From contig CAWFXA010000002.1 in NCBI GenBank assembly GCA_963819655.1, positions 1,600,001 to 1,664,000 on the forward strand: 64,000 bases of DNA. Reading direction: 5' to 3'. The notes beneath the pieces were generated by a model. The model was not told the origin of the DNA and did no database searches. It worked only from the letters and a program-made list of their open reading frames with translations. Shown in pieces: positions 43,623 to 63,987 of this stretch. Made by a program: the position numbers and the translations under genes. The stretch's first letter is position 1; each line of letters opens with the position of its first letter. The DNA is from an uncultured Chloroflexia bacterium. Lineage in GTDB: Bacteria; Chloroflexota; Limnocylindria; Limnocylindrales; CSP1-4.

Positions 43623-44333
43623 ATGCCCCATCACGGCAAGAAATACCAGGAAGCGGCGAAGCTCGTCGATCACGAGACGTTGTACGGCCCGGCCGATGCC
43701 GCCGAGCTCGTGAAGCAGACGACGACCGTGAACTTCGATGCGACGATCGAGGCGCACATCCGCCTCGGGGTCGACCCGCGCCACGCCGACCAGATGGTCC
43801 GCGGCACCGTCGTCCTTCCGCACGGCACGGGCAAGACCGTCCGCGTGGCAGTGTTCGCCCAGGGCGAAAAGGCCCAGGAGGCGCTCCGCGCCGGCGCGGA
43901 TGAGGTCGGCGGCGAGGACCTGGTCAAGAAGATCGAAGCCGGCTGGCTCGAGTTCGACGTCGCGCTCGCGACGCCCGATTCGATGGGTCTCGTCGGTCGA
44001 CTCGGCAAGATCCTCGGCCGTCGAGGACTCATGCCCAATCCGAAGGCCGGCACGATCACGTTCGATCTCGAGCGGGCGATCAAGGAGGTCAAGGGCGGCC
44101 GGGTCGAGTTCAAGGTCGACAAGGCGGCGATCGTCCATGTCGCGGTTGGCAAGAGCAGCTTCGAGGCGGACGCGCTGGTGGACAATCTTGCGACGCTCGT
44201 GGACGCGGTGAACCGCGCCAAGCCAGCCGGGGCCAAGGGCCAGTACCTGCGCACCCTGACGATCGCGAGCACGATGGGCCCGGGCATCCGGGTCGATGTG
44301 CCGGCGATCCTGGCCGTCGCAAACGCCGCCTGA
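43623..44333 (+). CDS. rplA: 50S ribosomal protein L1
   Basis: [28 protein letters not shown]. Confidence 0.97.
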   Translation: MPHHGKKYQEAAKLVDHETLYGPADAAELVKQTTTVNFDATIEAHIRLGVDPRHADQMVRGTVVLPHGTGKTVRVAVFAQGEKAQEALRAGADEVGGEDLVKKIEAGWLEFDVALATPDSMGLVGRLGKILGRRGLMPNPKAGTITFDLERAIKEVKGGRVEFKVDKAAIVHVAVGKSSFEADALVDNLATLVDAVNRAKPAGAKGQYLRTLTIASTMGPGIRVDVPAILAVANAA

Positions 44334-44537
44334 CCCACGCCGGCGGGTCGCCGGCAGCAAATAGACGCGATGGCGGTCGAGAGGCGCGCCATCTGATTGA
44401 ATAGCCGTTCGACGGGCAGCCGTCCGAGATCCGAGGCGGCGTCGAGCACGCGAGCGAGCGCACTTCAGGGTGCGCGAGCGAGCGCGCGGAGGCGCCAACG
44501 AAGGAGATCGGGCGGACGATCGTCGAACGTAGACGGA

Positions 44538-44678
44538 CCGCCGCAGACAGCCTGCGCTTGCGGACCGCTCGGGGCTCATCGCCGCGGACGGTCGAAGCTT
44601 GATCCGTCGAACCGGACCGCTCGATCGCCCGTCAGGGCGCCGATCGGGGACGACGACGAGCACGCCGAGGCAGTCGGT
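44538..44678 (+). promoter_or_regulatory. Probable L10 leader (rplJL autoregulatory element)
   Basis: CCGCAGACAG near 44541 and GCCGAGG near 44664 with complementary flanks resemble the L10-leader kink-turn ends; upstream of rplJ. Confidence 0.45.
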
Positions 44679-44832
44679 GCCTCCACCTTCGCCGGTGGGT
44701 GCGCCCCTGCGAGCCGGGGTCGGCCTCCCTCGGGAGGTTGCCATGGGATCCGTCGCAGGGGAAAACCGGGGTCTTTGCCCCGGGCGACCCACCGCCGCAC
44801 GCCGGTCCGCGTGCCGAAGACGAGGAGGCTGG

Positions 44833-45360
44833 ATGCCGACTGAAGCGAAAGAGGCGATGGTCGCCGAGCTTCGCGAAGAGCTCGCGAACGCACGGACCAT
44901 GATCGTCTCCGAGTACCGCGGCCTCACGGTGAGGGAGATCGCCGAGATCAGGCGAGCCCTGCACAAGCAGGACGTCCGATACCGCGTCGTGAAGAACCGC
45001 CTTATGCGGATCGCCGCCGCCGATACGGTGGGCGACGCACTTTCCCCGCTCCTCAACGGTCCGACCGCGATCGCGTTCGGCACCGACGAGGCAGCGACCG
45101 CAAAGGCCGTCCTGGACGCCACCCGCCCGTACAACAAGGTCGTGCGGATCACCGGGGCGATCCTCGGCGACCGCGCGATCGACGGTGACGCTGTGACGCG
45201 GCTCGCCGCGCTTCCTCCGCGGGAGGTGCTGCTGGCCAGGCTCGCCGGCGGGATGCAGGCACCGGTCGGCACCCTCGCCGGCCTGTTCGCTGCGCCGCTG
45301 CGCAACCTGGGTTACGCCTTGGCGCAGGTCGTCGAGCAGAAGGGCCAGGCCGACGCCTAG
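44833..45360 (+). CDS. rplJ: 50S ribosomal protein L10
   Basis: EYRGLTV, VVKNRL, GPTAIAF, LPPREVLLA; GAGGAGG RBS before ATG 44833. Confidence 0.95.
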   Translation: MPTEAKEAMVAELREELANARTMIVSEYRGLTVREIAEIRRALHKQDVRYRVVKNRLMRIAAADTVGDALSPLLNGPTAIAFGTDEAATAKAVLDATRPYNKVVRITGAILGDRAIDGDAVTRLAALPPREVLLARLAGGMQAPVGTLAGLFAAPLRNLGYALAQVVEQKGQADA

Positions 45361-45435
45361 ACCCCGATCACCCGACAGCCGAATCCGACCGACACGGAAA
45401 CCGACACCGAGACCGACACCGACAAGGAGATATCC

Positions 45436-45837
45436 ATGGCTACCCTGACCCAGGACGACCTGCTCGAGGCCATCGACAAGATGACCGTCCTCGAGCTGTC
45501 CGAGTTCATCAAGCGCTTCGAGGAGCGTTACGGCGTGACGGCCGCTGCACCTGTCGCCGCCGCGGCCGCCCCCGCGGCTGGTGGTGACGGTGGTGCTGCT
45601 GCCGCCGCCGCCGCACCGGAGGAGCAGACCGAGTTCGTCGCCGTCCTCGCCGAGGTCGGCCCGAACAAGATCCCGGTCATCAAGGTCGTGCGCGAGCTGA
45701 CCGGTCTGGGCCTCAAGGAGGCCAAGGACCTGGTCGACGCCTCGCCGAAGCCCGTCAAGGAGGGCATCGCCCGGGACGAGGCCGAGAAGATCAAGGCGGC
45801 GCTGGAAGAGCAGGGCGCCAAAGTCGAGATCAAGTAG
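45436..45837 (+). CDS. rplL: 50S ribosomal protein L7/L12
   Basis: MTVLELSE, Ala-rich hinge, [23 protein letters not shown]. Confidence 0.97.
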   Translation: MATLTQDDLLEAIDKMTVLELSEFIKRFEERYGVTAAAPVAAAAAPAAGGDGGAAAAAAAPEEQTEFVAVLAEVGPNKIPVIKVVRELTGLGLKEAKDLVDASPKPVKEGIARDEAEKIKAALEEQGAKVEIK

Positions 45838-45917
45838 ACGGACCTCTCCGAGGGCGGAGGAAAGCTCCCGCGTTCCCTCCGCCCGAGGATTCAGGCCCAT
45901 AGCACGTTCGGGGGTGT

Positions 45918-45945
45918 TTGACAAGACTCAAAATCGCGGTACCAT
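45918..45945 (+). promoter_or_regulatory. Putative rpoBC promoter
   Basis: TTGACA, 16 nt spacer, TACCAT. Confidence 0.55.
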
Positions 45946-46006
45946 ACCCCTTCTGTGAGCGCGGCCCCCCATTTCTCCTTCCTCCTCCGTCAAGGAGCGG
46001 TGCTTC

Positions 46007-49486
<3,480 letters not shown>

Positions 49487-49609
49487 TCGACATCACCGTC
49501 ACCCGCATCAACCCACCGTTCCCGCGGGGTCGCGTCCCGGCCGGCTCGACCCCGCTCGCTCACGGTCCGCATCACGTCGCCGAGCCAGGCGGTGACGTGG
49601 AGGAGAACC

Positions 49610-54124
<4,515 letters not shown>

Positions 54125-54150
54125 TCCGCGGAGCCGTCGCCCGCCCGATC

Positions 54151-54178
54151 CGTGACCCCGGGGTGACCCGGGGTCACG
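54151..54178 (+). terminator. Hairpin after rpoC (probable terminator)
   Basis: CGTGACCCCGGG-gtga-CCCGGGGTCACG perfect 12-bp stem with GNRA loop; weak U-tract. Confidence 0.6.
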
Positions 54179-54365
54179 TTCATGCACGGCTCGAACGTTG
54201 CGACCGAGCCGCGCTCGACGGGCGATCGGGTCTCCCGGGCACGTTGCGCCGCCGAATCGGGCTCATATCCGCGACCCGGGGCCATTCTGCAGACTGGGAA
54301 GCACGATCCGGGCTGGTTTGGACCGCCAGCACCGGCGGCAAGCCACGACCCACGCCGCCGCACGT

Positions 54366-54395
54366 TTGACACTGATTCCGAGCCCCCGATATACT
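54366..54395 (+). promoter_or_regulatory. Putative str (rpsL) operon promoter
   Basis: TTGACA, 18 nt spacer, TATACT. Confidence 0.65.
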
Positions 54396-54577
54396 CCGCC
54401 TTCGTGGCCTCGGGAGGGGTCCGCCTTCGGCGCCTGCGCCGACGCCCATTCCGCCACCACCACTCACACCACCGGTCCCGGCCGGACCGCCCTGCGGGGC
54501 GTGACCGGCGACGCTGGACCGGCCCCCGCGGTCGGTGCCGACCGCCCTGCATCGCCAGAAGAAGGAGTCGCGTCTTC

Positions 54578-54988
54578 GTGCCGACGATCAGCCAGCTCGT
54601 GCGTCACGGTCGCCAGCCTAAGGTCAAGAAGGTCAAGGCGCCCGCCATGCGCAAGAACTGGAACAGCCTGCGACGCCGTCAGGTGTCGATCCCGGGCGCC
54701 CCGCAGAAGCGTGGCGTCTGTCTCCAGGTGCGCACGATGACGCCGAAGAAGCCGAACTCCGCGCTGCGCAAGATCGCGCGCGTGCGGCTGTCGAACCAGA
54801 TGGAGGTCACGGCCTACATCCCGGGCATCGGCCACAACCTGCAGGAGCATTCGGTGGTCCTCGTCCGCGGCGGTCGCGTGAAGGACCTGCCGTCCGTCAA
54901 GTACCACATCATCCGCGGCACCCTCGACGCGGCCGGCGTGCGCGATCGAAAGCAGGGTCGCAGCAAGTACGGCGCGAAGGCCAAGTAG
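54578..54988 (+). CDS. rpsL: 30S ribosomal protein S12
   Basis: [34 protein letters not shown]; GTG start after AAGGAG. Confidence 0.97.
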   Translation: MPTISQLVRHGRQPKVKKVKAPAMRKNWNSLRRRQVSIPGAPQKRGVCLQVRTMTPKKPNSALRKIARVRLSNQMEVTAYIPGIGHNLQEHSVVLVRGGRVKDLPSVKYHIIRGTLDAAGVRDRKQGRSKYGAKAK

Positions 54989-54989
54989 C

Positions 54990-55457
54990 ATGCCGCGCCG
55001 AACGAGCATCCCGCGCAAGACCAAGTACGAGGTCGTGCCGGCCAACCGCATCACCCACCGGTTCTCCGTGAAGCTCATGAAGGGCGGCAAGCAGAACCTC
55101 GCCGAGCGGATCCTCCGCCAGGCGCTGGCGCGCGCCGAGGCACAGGCCGGCCGACCCGGCCTGGAGATCCTCGAGGCGGCGTTGCGCAACGCCACGCCGA
55201 TCATCGAGGTCAAGCCGCGTCGCGTGGGTGGCGCCACCTACCAGGTCCCGGTCGAGATCCGGGGCGATCGCCGCCTGTCGCTCGGCGTCCGCTGGCTCGT
55301 CCAGGCGGCTCGCAAGCGCAGCGGCAAGAGCATGAGCGAGAAGCTCGCCTCCGAATTCGTCGATGCCATGAACGGCCTCGGCGCGGCGGTGAAGCGACGA
55401 GAAGACACGCACAAGATGGCCGAGGCGAACCGCGCCTTCAGCCATTTCAAGTGGTAG
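54990..55457 (+). CDS. rpsG: 30S ribosomal protein S7
   Basis: [25 protein letters not shown]; N-terminus divergent. Confidence 0.96.
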   Translation: MPRRTSIPRKTKYEVVPANRITHRFSVKLMKGGKQNLAERILRQALARAEAQAGRPGLEILEAALRNATPIIEVKPRRVGGATYQVPVEIRGDRRLSLGVRWLVQAARKRSGKSMSEKLASEFVDAMNGLGAAVKRREDTHKMAEANRAFSHFKW

Positions 55458-55479
55458 ACCCGGGAGCGTAGGGAAAACC

Positions 55480-57555
55480 GTGGCACGACAGGTTCCGCTC
55501 GCGAAGACGCGGAACATCGGAATCATCGCGCATATCGACGCCGGCAAGACGACCGTGACCGAGCGGATCCTCTTCTACACCAAGAAGATCTACAAGATCG
55601 GCGAGGTCCACGAGGGCGCCGCGACGATGGACTGGATGCCCCAGGAGCAAGAGCGGGGCATCACCATCACCGCGGCCGCAACAACCGCGTTCTGGGGCGA
55701 CCATCGTATCAACATCATCGATACGCCCGGGCACGTGGACTTCACGGTCGAGGTCGAGCGCAGCCTTCGCGTGCTCGACGGGGCGGTCGTCGTCTTCGAC
55801 GGCGTGGCCGGTGTCGAGCCGCAGTCCGAGACGGTCTGGCGACAGGCCGATCGCTACGGCGTGCCTCGCTTCTGCTTCATCAACAAGCTCGATCGGACCG
55901 GCGCCGACTTCTGGCGCGGGGTCGAGTCGATCAAGGAGCGCCTCGGCGCGAACGCCGTGCCGATCCAGATCCCGATCGGCCGCGAGGACCAGTTCCAGGG
56001 CGTCATCGACCTCGTCGAGATGAAGGCCGTCTACTACCGCGACGACCTCGGCAACAAGATCGACGTCGTCGACATCCCGGCCGAGCTCCAGGCGGAGGCC
56101 GAGCAGCACCGCCACGTCATGATCGAGGCCGTCGCCGACATGGACGACGAGCTCACCCACAAGTACCTCGAGGGCGAGGAGCTGACGACCGCGGAGATCA
56201 AGCGCGGTCTTCGTCTCGGCACCCTGACCACCAGGATCGTCCCGGTCCTGACCGGTTCGGCGCTGCGCAACAAGGGCATCCAGAAGATGCTCGACGCGGT
56301 GGTCGATTACCTGCCCTCGCCGCTCGACGTGCCGCCCATGATCGGACTCGACCCGAAGACCGGTGCCCAGGTCCTGCGCACCCCCGACGACAGCGAGCCG
56401 TTCAGCGCGCTGGCGTTCAAGATCGCGGCCGACCCGTTCGTCGGCAAGCTCGCGTTCTTCCGCGTCTACTCCGGCACTCTCAAGGCCGGCTCCTACGTCC
56501 TCAACACCACGAAGGGCAAGAAGGAGCGGATCGGCCGCGTCCTCCAGATGCATGCCAACCACCGTGAGGAGATCGACACGGTCTACGCGGGCGACATCGC
56601 CGCGGCAGTCGGTCTGAAGGACACGTTCACCGGCGACACGCTCACCGATGAGGCGCACCCCGTCCTCCTCGAGTCGATCACGTTCCCGGAGCCTGTCATC
56701 GAGGTCAAGATCGAGCCGAAGACGAAGGCCGACCAGGACAAGCTGACGGTCGCGCTCCAGCGCCTGTCCGAGGAGGACCCGACATTCCGGGTCCATACCG
56801 ACGAGGAGTCGTCCGAGACTCTCATCGCCGGCATGGGCGAGCTCCACCTCGACGTGCTCGTCGACCGCATGGTCCGCGAATTCAAGGTGGCCGCCAACAT
56901 CGGCAAGCCGCAGGTCTCCTACCGCGAGACGATCCGGCGTGCCGCCGAGGGCAACGGTCGGTTCGTCCGCCAGACCGGCGGCAAGGGCCAGTACGGCCAC
57001 GCCGTCATCAAGCTCGAGCCGGCCGAGAAGGGTGCGGGCTATGAGTTCGTCGACAAGATCGTCGGCGGGACGATCCCGCGCGAGTTCATCAAGTCCGTCG
57101 ACCAGGGCATCCGCGAGAAGCTCGAGACCGGGATCTACGCCGGGTACCCGGTCGTCGACGTCAAGGTGACGCTGTTCGACGGGTCGTACCACGACGTCGA
57201 CTCATCCGAGATGGCGTTCAAGATCGCGGGTTCGATGGCGGTTCAGGACGCGTTCAGCAAGGCCGATCCGGCCATCCTCGAGCCGATCATGCGGGTCGAG
57301 GTCACGATGCCGACGGAGTTCATGGGCGACGTCATCGGCGACCTCAACAGCCGGCGCGGCCAGATCGAGGGCATCGAGTCCCGGATGGGCACCGAGGTCG
57401 TCCAGGCGTTCGTCCCGCTGGCCCAGATGTTCGGGTATGTCACGGACCTGCGCAGCATGTCCCAGGGTCGCGCGACGTCCTCGATGGAATTCAGCCATTA
57501 CGCCGAGGTGCCAGCAAGCCTGGCCTCGGAACTCGTCCAGAAGTCCAAGGTCTAG
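55480..57555 (+). CDS. fusA: Elongation factor G
   Basis: [45 protein letters not shown]. Confidence 0.98.
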   Translation: MARQVPLAKTRNIGIIAHIDAGKTTVTERILFYTKKIYKIGEVHEGAATMDWMPQEQERGITITAAATTAFWGDHRINIIDTPGHVDFTVEVERSLRVLDGAVVVFDGVAGVEPQSETVWRQADRYGVPRFCFINKLDRTGADFWRGVESIKERLGANAVPIQIPIGREDQFQGVIDLVEMKAVYYRDDLGNKIDVVDIPAELQAEAEQHRHVMIEAVADMDDELTHKYLEGEELTTAEIKRGLRLGTLTTRIVPVLTGSALRNKGIQKMLDAVVDYLPSPLDVPPMIGLDPKTGAQVLRTPDDSEPFSALAFKIAADPFVGKLAFFRVYSGTLKAGSYVLNTTKGKKERIGRVLQMHANHREEIDTVYAGDIAAAVGLKDTFTGDTLTDEAHPVLLESITFPEPVIEVKIEPKTKADQDKLTVALQRLSEEDPTFRVHTDEESSETLIAGMGELHLDVLVDRMVREFKVAANIGKPQVSYRETIRRAAEGNGRFVRQTGGKGQYGHAVIKLEPAEKGAGYEFVDKIVGGTIPREFIKSVDQGIREKLETGIYAGYPVVDVKVTLFDGSYHDVDSSEMAFKIAGSMAVQDAFSKADPAILEPIMRVEVTMPTEFMGDVIGDLNSRRGQIEGIESRMGTEVVQAFVPLAQMFGYVTDLRSMSQGRATSSMEFSHYAEVPASLASELVQKSKV

Positions 57556-57569
57556 GGAGCACAACCACG

Positions 57570-58766
57570 ATGGCCAAGAAGAAGTTCGAGCGCACCAAGC
57601 CGCACGTCAACGTGGGCACCATCGGCCACATCGACCATGGCAAGACGTCGCTCACCGCAGCGATCACCAAGTACCTCGCCCTGAAGGGTGAGGCCGAGTA
57701 CCGCGCGTTCGACACCATCGACAACGCGCCCGAGGAGCGCGCCCGCGGCATCACCATCGCCATCGCCCACGTCGAGTACGAGACCGACGCGCGCCACTAC
57801 GCCCACGTCGACTGCCCGGGCCACGCCGACTACATCAAGAACATGATCACCGGCGCCGCCCAGATGGACGGCGCCATCCTGGTCGTGGCCGCGACCGATG
57901 GGCCGATGCCCCAGACGCGCGAGCACATCCTGCTGGCGCGCCAGGTCGAGGTGCCGTACATCGTGGTCTTCCTCAACAAGGTCGACATGGTCGACGACGA
58001 GGAGCTGCTCGACCTGGTCGAGCTGGAGGTCCGCGAGCTGTTGTCCAAGTACGAGTTCCCGGGCGACGACATCCCGGTCATCCGCGGCTCGGCGTTGAAG
58101 GCGCTCGAGGCGCCCGACAACCCGGCCGATGACGCGTACAAGCCCATCCAGGAGCTGATGGACGCGGTCGACTCGTACATCCCGACGCCCGAGCGCGCGG
58201 TCGATCGGCCGTTCCTCATGCCGGTCGAGGACGTGTTCGGCATCAAGGGCCGCGGCACGGTCGCCACCGGGCGCATCGAGCGCGGCATCGTCAAGGTCGG
58301 CGACGAGGTCGAGCTGGTCGGCGTCAAGCCGACCCGCAAGATCGTGGTCACCGGCGTCGAGATGTTCAAGAAGCTGCTCGACGAGGGCCGCGCCGGCGAC
58401 AACGTGGGCTGTCTCATCCGGGGCATCGAGCGCGAGGAGATCGAGCGCGGCCAGGTGCTGGCCAAGACGGGCTCCATCAAGCCGCACACCAAGTTCACCG
58501 CCCAGGTGTACGTGCTGACCAAGGAGGAGGGCGGCCGCCACACCCCGTTCTACAACGGCTACCGCCCGCAGTTCTACCTGCGCACGACCGACGTGACCGG
58601 CGCCATCGGGCTGCCCGACGGGGCCGAGATGATCATGCCCGGCGACAACGTCGAGATGAGCGTCGAGCTGATCACCCCGATCGGCCTCGAGGTCGGCCAG
58701 CGCTTCGCCATCCGCGAGGGTGGCCGGACCGTCGGTGCCGGCGCCATCGTCACCATCGCCGAGTAG
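57570..58766 (+). CDS. tuf: Elongation factor Tu (copy 2)
   Basis: Protein identical to copy 1; follows fusA. Confidence 0.98.
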   Translation: MAKKKFERTKPHVNVGTIGHIDHGKTSLTAAITKYLALKGEAEYRAFDTIDNAPEERARGITIAIAHVEYETDARHYAHVDCPGHADYIKNMITGAAQMDGAILVVAATDGPMPQTREHILLARQVEVPYIVVFLNKVDMVDDEELLDLVELEVRELLSKYEFPGDDIPVIRGSALKALEAPDNPADDAYKPIQELMDAVDSYIPTPERAVDRPFLMPVEDVFGIKGRGTVATGRIERGIVKVGDEVELVGVKPTRKIVVTGVEMFKKLLDEGRAGDNVGCLIRGIEREEIERGQVLAKTGSIKPHTKFTAQVYVLTKEEGGRHTPFYNGYRPQFYLRTTDVTGAIGLPDGAEMIMPGDNVEMSVELITPIGLEVGQRFAIREGGRTVGAGAIVTIAE

Positions 58767-58773
58767 GGACGAC

Positions 58774-59082
58774 ATGGCGAAGCAGCGGATCCGGATCCGC
58801 CTCAAGGCCTACGACCACCGACTGCTCGACCAGTCGGCGGCGCAGATCGTCGAGACCGCCCAGCGCACCGGCGCGGACGTGCTGGGCCCCGTCCCGCTGC
58901 CCACGCGCATCGAGAAGTTCACGGTGTTGCGCTCGCCGTTCATCGACAAGGACTCCCGGGAGCAGTTCGAGATCCGGACCCATAAGCGGCTCGTCGACAT
59001 CCTGGATCCGAGCTCGAAGACCGTCGACGCCCTGATGCGGCTGTCGCTCGCTGCCGGCGTCGATATCGAAATCAAGATGTGA
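58774..59082 (+). CDS. rpsJ: 30S ribosomal protein S10
   Basis: [35 protein letters not shown]. Confidence 0.97.
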   Translation: MAKQRIRIRLKAYDHRLLDQSAAQIVETAQRTGADVLGPVPLPTRIEKFTVLRSPFIDKDSREQFEIRTHKRLVDILDPSSKTVDALMRLSLAAGVDIEIKM

Positions 59083-59092
59083 CGGACGAGTG

Positions 59093-59716
59093 ATGAGTAT
59101 CGGTTTGATCGGCCGCAAGGTCGGCATGACCCAGGTCTTCCAGGACGACGGGACGATGGTCGCGGTGAGCGTGCTCGCCATCGAGCCCAATACCGTCACG
59201 CGCCTGCGCACGACCGAGCGCGACGGCTATACGGCTATCCAACTCGGCACGGAGCCATCGAAGAAGCTGTCCAAGCCCGAGGCTGGCCAGCTCAAGACGC
59301 TGCCCAAGGCCGCCCAGGGGCTGGCCACGCTGCGCGAGTTCCGGGTCGAGAGCGTCGACGAGTACGAGGTCGGCCAGACCGTGTCGATCGGCGACCTGTT
59401 CGATGCGGGCGACGACGTCGACGTCTCCGGCGTCTCGAAGGGCAAGGGCTTCGCCGGCCACATCAAGCGCCACAACTTCCACCGCGGTCCCAAGACCCAC
59501 GGCTCGGACCACCACCGCGAGCCTGGCTCGATCGGTCCGGGCACGACCCCCGGTCGCGTCTATCGCGGGATGAAGATGGCCGGCCACATGGGCGACGAGA
59601 CCGTGACCATCAAGAAGGTGCGCGTCGTGCGCTCCGATCCCGAGCGCAACCTATTGCTGGTCGCTGGGAGTCTCCCCGGCGCGCGCGGCTCGCTCATCCT
59701 CGTGAAGAAGGCCTGA
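59093..59716 (+). CDS. rplC: 50S ribosomal protein L3
   Basis: [32 protein letters not shown]. Confidence 0.97.
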   Translation: MSIGLIGRKVGMTQVFQDDGTMVAVSVLAIEPNTVTRLRTTERDGYTAIQLGTEPSKKLSKPEAGQLKTLPKAAQGLATLREFRVESVDEYEVGQTVSIGDLFDAGDDVDVSGVSKGKGFAGHIKRHNFHRGPKTHGSDHHREPGSIGPGTTPGRVYRGMKMAGHMGDETVTIKKVRVVRSDPERNLLLVAGSLPGARGSLILVKKA

Positions 59717-59718
59717 CG

Positions 59719-60366
59719 ATGCCCTCGACCCCCCTCTACGACCGAGCCGGCAAGACCGTCGGCAGCGTCGAGCTCAGCGATGTGCTCTTCGCGGCCCCGG
59801 TCAATACGGCCGTGCTTCACCAGGTCGTGACCGCCCAGCTCGCCGCCCGCCGGACGGGCACCCACGATACGCAGACCCGTGGCGAGGTCCGCGGCGGCGG
59901 TCGCAAGCCGTACCGCCAGAAGGGCACCGGCCGCGCCCGGCAGGGCAGCATCCGGGCACCGCACTACCGCGGTGGCGGTGCCGTGTTCGGTCCGCATCCC
60001 CGCTCGTACGAGCAGCGGCTGCCGCGCAAGATGAAGCGCCTCGCCCTGCGCGGCGCGTTGACTGCCAAGCTCGGCGACGAGCAGCTCAAGGTCATCGACG
60101 GCTTCGGGCTCGACGCCATCAAGACCAGCGCGCTCGTCGGCGTCCTGCGCGCTCTCGACGCGAACGGCCGCGTCCTGGTGGTCGCTCCCGGCCGCGACCA
60201 GAACCTCGAGATGTCGGCGCGCAACCTGCCCACGGTCGAGGTGATCCTGGCCGACTCGCTCAACGTCGTGGACCTGGTCAACGCCGATCTCGTACTCATC
60301 GAACAGCCCGCGCTCGCCCGCATGGAGACCGTCTACGGCGGGTCCACGAGGGAGGTGGACGCATGA
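59719..60366 (+). CDS. rplD: 50S ribosomal protein L4
   Basis: [28 protein letters not shown]. Confidence 0.97.
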   Translation: MPSTPLYDRAGKTVGSVELSDVLFAAPVNTAVLHQVVTAQLAARRTGTHDTQTRGEVRGGGRKPYRQKGTGRARQGSIRAPHYRGGGAVFGPHPRSYEQRLPRKMKRLALRGALTAKLGDEQLKVIDGFGLDAIKTSALVGVLRALDANGRVLVVAPGRDQNLEMSARNLPTVEVILADSLNVVDLVNADLVLIEQPALARMETVYGGSTREVDA

Positions 60367-60677
60367 GCGCCCTGACCTCGGCCGAGATCATCCTGCGTCC
60401 CGTCGTGAGCGAGAAGTCGATCGACGAGTCGGGGCGCGGCAAATACACGTTCGCTGTCCACAACGACGCCAACAAGATCCAGATCAAGGCGGCGGTCGAG
60501 GAGCTCTACAAGAAGGAGGGCGTGACCGTCCTCGCGGTCAACGTCCTGACCACGAAGGCCAAGGAGAAGCGACGCGGGACGCGGCGGGGCCGGATCGTCG
60601 GCCACACCACGCCGTGGCGCAAGGCCATCGTCACCCTGGCCCCCGGCCAGAAGATCGAATTCTTCGAGGGGGTCTGA
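60363..60677 (+). CDS. rplW: 50S ribosomal protein L23
   Basis: RPVVSEKS, ANKIQIKAAVE, RKAIVTL. Confidence 0.95.
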   Translation: MSALTSAEIILRPVVSEKSIDESGRGKYTFAVHNDANKIQIKAAVEELYKKEGVTVLAVNVLTTKAKEKRRGTRRGRIVGHTTPWRKAIVTLAPGQKIEFFEGV

Positions 60678-60680
60678 CCG

Positions 60681-61508
60681 ATGCCGCTTCGCAGCTACAA
60701 ACCGACCTCCCCGGGCCTCCGCCAGATGACTCGCTCGACCTTCGAGGAGATCACGACCAACGAGCCGCACAAGCCCTTGCTCGAGCCGCAGAAGCGCGGC
60801 TCAGGGCGCAACAACCAGGGCCGCCTGACCGTGCGCCATCGAGGCGGCGGTGAGAAGCAGCACTACCGGCGCATCGACTTCAAGCGCGACAAGACCGGCG
60901 TGCCGGCCCGCGTCGCGACGATCGAGTACGACCCGAACCGCTCCGCGCGGATCGGCCTGCTCCACTACCGCGACGGCGACAAGCGCTACATGCTGCTGCC
61001 GCACGGGCTGAAGGTCGGAGACATCGTCGTCTCCGGTGCGGATGCCGAGGCGCGCGTCGGGAACGCCCTGCCGCTGGCCAATATCCCGCTCGGGACCACC
61101 ATCCACAACATCGAGCTGACGCCCGGCAAGGGCGGCCAGATCGTGCGCTCCGCCGGGACCTCGGCGCAGCTCCTCGCCAAGGAAGGCGGCTACGCGACCG
61201 TGCGCATGCCGTCGGGCGAGATGCGGCGCATCCCGGTCGCGTGCATGGCCACCGTCGGCCAGGTCAGCAACCTCGACCACGAGAACCAGAACCTCGGCAA
61301 GGCCGGCCGCGCCCGGCACATGGGCCAGCGCCCGGAGGTCCGCGGGGTCGTCATGAACCCGCGTGACCATCCGCACGGCGGTGGCGAGGGCAAGTCCCCG
61401 ACCGGGATGCCGCCCAAGACCCCGTGGGGCAAGCCCGCCATGGGCTACCGCACCCGGCGGTCCAAGACGACCGGACGCCTGATCGTCCGATCGCGGCATC
61501 GCAAGTAG
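60681..61508 (+). CDS. rplB: 50S ribosomal protein L2
   Basis: [35 protein letters not shown]. Confidence 0.98.
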   Translation: MPLRSYKPTSPGLRQMTRSTFEEITTNEPHKPLLEPQKRGSGRNNQGRLTVRHRGGGEKQHYRRIDFKRDKTGVPARVATIEYDPNRSARIGLLHYRDGDKRYMLLPHGLKVGDIVVSGADAEARVGNALPLANIPLGTTIHNIELTPGKGGQIVRSAGTSAQLLAKEGGYATVRMPSGEMRRIPVACMATVGQVSNLDHENQNLGKAGRARHMGQRPEVRGVVMNPRDHPHGGGEGKSPTGMPPKTPWGKPAMGYRTRRSKTTGRLIVRSRHRK

Positions 61509-61526
61509 ACGGGGAGGTAGGAGTCG

Positions 61527-61811
61527 ATGTCCCGTTCCATCAAGAAAGGCCCGTTCGTCGAGGCCCGTCTCTCCGACCGGATCGAAGAGATGAACAAGCG
61601 CAACGAGAAGAAGGTCGTCAAGACCTGGTCGCGCGCGTCGGTGATCTTCCCGACGTTCATCGGCCACACGATCGCGGTCTACAACGGCAAGAAGCACATC
61701 CCGGTCTACGTGACCGAGAACATGGTCGGCCACCGGCTCGGTGAGTTCAGCCCGACCCGCAACTACCGCGGGCACGGCAGGCACACCGAGCGGTCGACGG
61801 CGTTGAAGTAG
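61527..61811 (+). CDS. rpsS: 30S ribosomal protein S19
   Basis: [25 protein letters not shown]. Confidence 0.97.
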   Translation: MSRSIKKGPFVEARLSDRIEEMNKRNEKKVVKTWSRASVIFPTFIGHTIAVYNGKKHIPVYVTENMVGHRLGEFSPTRNYRGHGRHTERSTALK

Positions 61812-61819
61812 GCCACCGG

Positions 61820-62158
61820 ATGCGTGTGTCCGCGACCGCCAAGTACCAGCGCGCTTCGACGCGCAAGACCCGCCTCGTCACGAGTGCCATCAAGGGCAAG
61901 CGCGTCGAGGAGGCGACTGCCCTGCTGCGCTTCATGCCGCAGAAGGCCGCAGCCGACGTGGCACGCGTGCTGAAGAGTGCGACCGCCAATGCCGAGAACA
62001 ATCACAACCTGTCCGCGGAGGACCTCGTGATCGTGGATGCGATCGCCGACGAGGGCCCCACCATCAAGCGATTCCAGCCGCGGGCACAGGGTCGGGCGTT
62101 CCCCATCCACAAGCCCATGACCCACATCACCATCGTCGTCGCGGACCAGGAGGCCTGA
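61820..62158 (+). CDS. rplV: 50S ribosomal protein L22
   Basis: [22 protein letters not shown]. Confidence 0.96.
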   Translation: MRVSATAKYQRASTRKTRLVTSAIKGKRVEEATALLRFMPQKAAADVARVLKSATANAENNHNLSAEDLVIVDAIADEGPTIKRFQPRAQGRAFPIHKPMTHITIVVADQEA

Positions 62159-62159
62159 C

Positions 62160-62843
62160 ATGGGACACAAGGTCCATCCGTACGGCTTCCGCCTGGGTGT
62201 CTCGCGCACCTGGACCGCGAAGTGGTACGCGGATAAGGAATACACGACCTCGCTCAAGGAGGACATCGCGATCCGCACGCTCATCGAGAAGCGTCTCGCG
62301 AATGCCAGCGTGAGCGGCGTCGAGATCGAGCGTGGCATCAACCACGTCACCGTGACGATCCATACGGCCAAGCCGGGCATCGTCATCGGCAAAGGCGGCG
62401 CGAACGTCGAGGTCCTGCGCCAGCAGATCGGCGGGCTCAGCAACCGCAAGGTCAAGCTCGAGATCAAGGAGATCCGCCAGCCCGAGCTCGACGCGCACCT
62501 GGTCGCGATGAACATCGCCGGCCAGCTGACCCGCCGGATCGCCTTCAAGAAGGCGATGAAGCAGGCCATCCAGCGCTCGATGAAGGCCGGCGCGAAGGGC
62601 GTCAAGATCGCCGTCGCCGGCAGGCTCGGTGGCTCCGAGATGGGTCGCCGCGAGTGGGACAAGGAGGGCCGCATCCCGCTCGGCACGCTCCGCGCGGACA
62701 TCAGCTACGGCCAGGTCCACGCCCACACGACCTACGGCCGCATCGGCGTCAAGGTGTGGATCTATCGGGGTGACATCGCCCCAGAACCGGTCCGCCGGCC
62801 CGAGCTCGCCGGCGCCCAGGCACCTGTCGGGCAGGGGAGCTGA
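62160..62843 (+). CDS. rpsC: 30S ribosomal protein S3
   Basis: [41 protein letters not shown]. Confidence 0.97.
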   Translation: MGHKVHPYGFRLGVSRTWTAKWYADKEYTTSLKEDIAIRTLIEKRLANASVSGVEIERGINHVTVTIHTAKPGIVIGKGGANVEVLRQQIGGLSNRKVKLEIKEIRQPELDAHLVAMNIAGQLTRRIAFKKAMKQAIQRSMKAGAKGVKIAVAGRLGGSEMGRREWDKEGRIPLGTLRADISYGQVHAHTTYGRIGVKVWIYRGDIAPEPVRRPELAGAQAPVGQGS

Positions 62844-62845
62844 CG

Positions 62846-63268
62846 ATGTTGATGCCGCGACGCGTCAAGCATCGCAAGGTCATGCGCGGCCGGATGTCCG
62901 GCCTGGCCAAGGGTGGCTTCACGGTCGCCTTCGGTGAGTACGGCCTGGCCACGATGGAGCCGGCCTGGATCACGAGCCGCCAGATCGAGGCGGCCCGGCG
63001 TGCCATGACCCGCTCGGTCAAGCGCGGCGGCAAGATCTGGATCCGCGTCTTCCCCGACAAGCCGGCGACCAAGAAGCCCGCGGAGACGCGGATGGGTTCC
63101 GGCAAGGGCGCACCCGACCACTGGGTCGCGGTCGTCAAGCCGGGCCGGATCCTGTTCGAGATGGCCGGTGTCGATCACGAATCGGCGGTCGAGGCGATGC
63201 GCCTGGCCGGCCACAAGCTCCCCGTCGCGACCCGTCTGGTCGCCCGGGAAGGCGCGAAGGAGGCGTGA
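62846..63268 (+). CDS. rplP: 50S ribosomal protein L16
   Basis: [25 protein letters not shown]. Confidence 0.97.
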   Translation: MLMPRRVKHRKVMRGRMSGLAKGGFTVAFGEYGLATMEPAWITSRQIEAARRAMTRSVKRGGKIWIRVFPDKPATKKPAETRMGSGKGAPDHWVAVVKPGRILFEMAGVDHESAVEAMRLAGHKLPVATRLVAREGAKEA

Positions 63269-63471
63269 CGGTGGACCTCAAGAAGATCCGCTCGCTCTCC
63301 GACACCGAGCTCGAAGATGCCCTGCGCGAAGCGAAGCAGGACCTGTGGGGAGCGCGCTTCGCGCTCTCGACCCGACAACTCAAGGACTACAGCACGATCT
63401 CGCTGACGCGAAGGACGATCGCGCGGATCCTCACCGTCCAGCGCGAGCGCAAGCTCGGCAAGACGGCATAG
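63265..63471 (+). CDS. rpmC: 50S ribosomal protein L29
   Basis: IRSLSDTEL...[10 protein letters not shown]; canonical position between rplP and rpsQ. Confidence 0.9.
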   Translation: MTVDLKKIRSLSDTELEDALREAKQDLWGARFALSTRQLKDYSTISLTRRTIARILTVQRERKLGKTA

Positions 63472-63483
63472 GGATATCACGCG

Positions 63484-63987
63484 ATGACAGGAGCGACCAC
63501 CAAGGTGCAGGTAAAGCGGAAGACGAAGGTCGGCCGCGTTGTCAGCGACCGCATGGACAAGACGATCGTCGTGTCCGTCGAGCGACTGGCACGCCACCGG
63601 CTGTACAAGCGGGTCATCCGCCTGACGACCCGGTTCAAGGCCCACGATGAGGAGAATGAAGCCCGTATCGGCGACACCGTCCTCATCGAGGAGGCACGGC
63701 CGATGTCGGCGACGAAGCGCTGGCGGCTGATCAGCGTCGTCCAGCGCGCCGGCGAGCACGGCTTGCCGGGCGAGGCCGTCGTGGGCGAAGAAGACGCGGT
63801 GACCGAGGCCATCCACGCCGCCGCCCATCCGGGCCGGACGCGCGCGACCGACACCGACGCGACTGAGACCGCGAGCGCGTCCGCCGAGGCCGAGGGCTCG
63901 GACGCAACCGATGGTGCCGACGCAAGCAGCTCCGAGGACCGAGGCGACGCTCCGGCGAGCCATCGGTCCGAGGATTCTGGCTCGTGA
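63484..63987 (+). CDS. rpsQ: 30S ribosomal protein S17 with acidic C-terminal extension
   Basis: [39 protein letters not shown], then about 75 extra acidic residues. Confidence 0.94.
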   Translation: MTGATTKVQVKRKTKVGRVVSDRMDKTIVVSVERLARHRLYKRVIRLTTRFKAHDEENEARIGDTVLIEEARPMSATKRWRLISVVQRAGEHGLPGEAVVGEEDAVTEAIHAAAHPGRTRATDTDATETASASAEAEGSDATDGADASSSEDRGDAPASHRSEDSGS

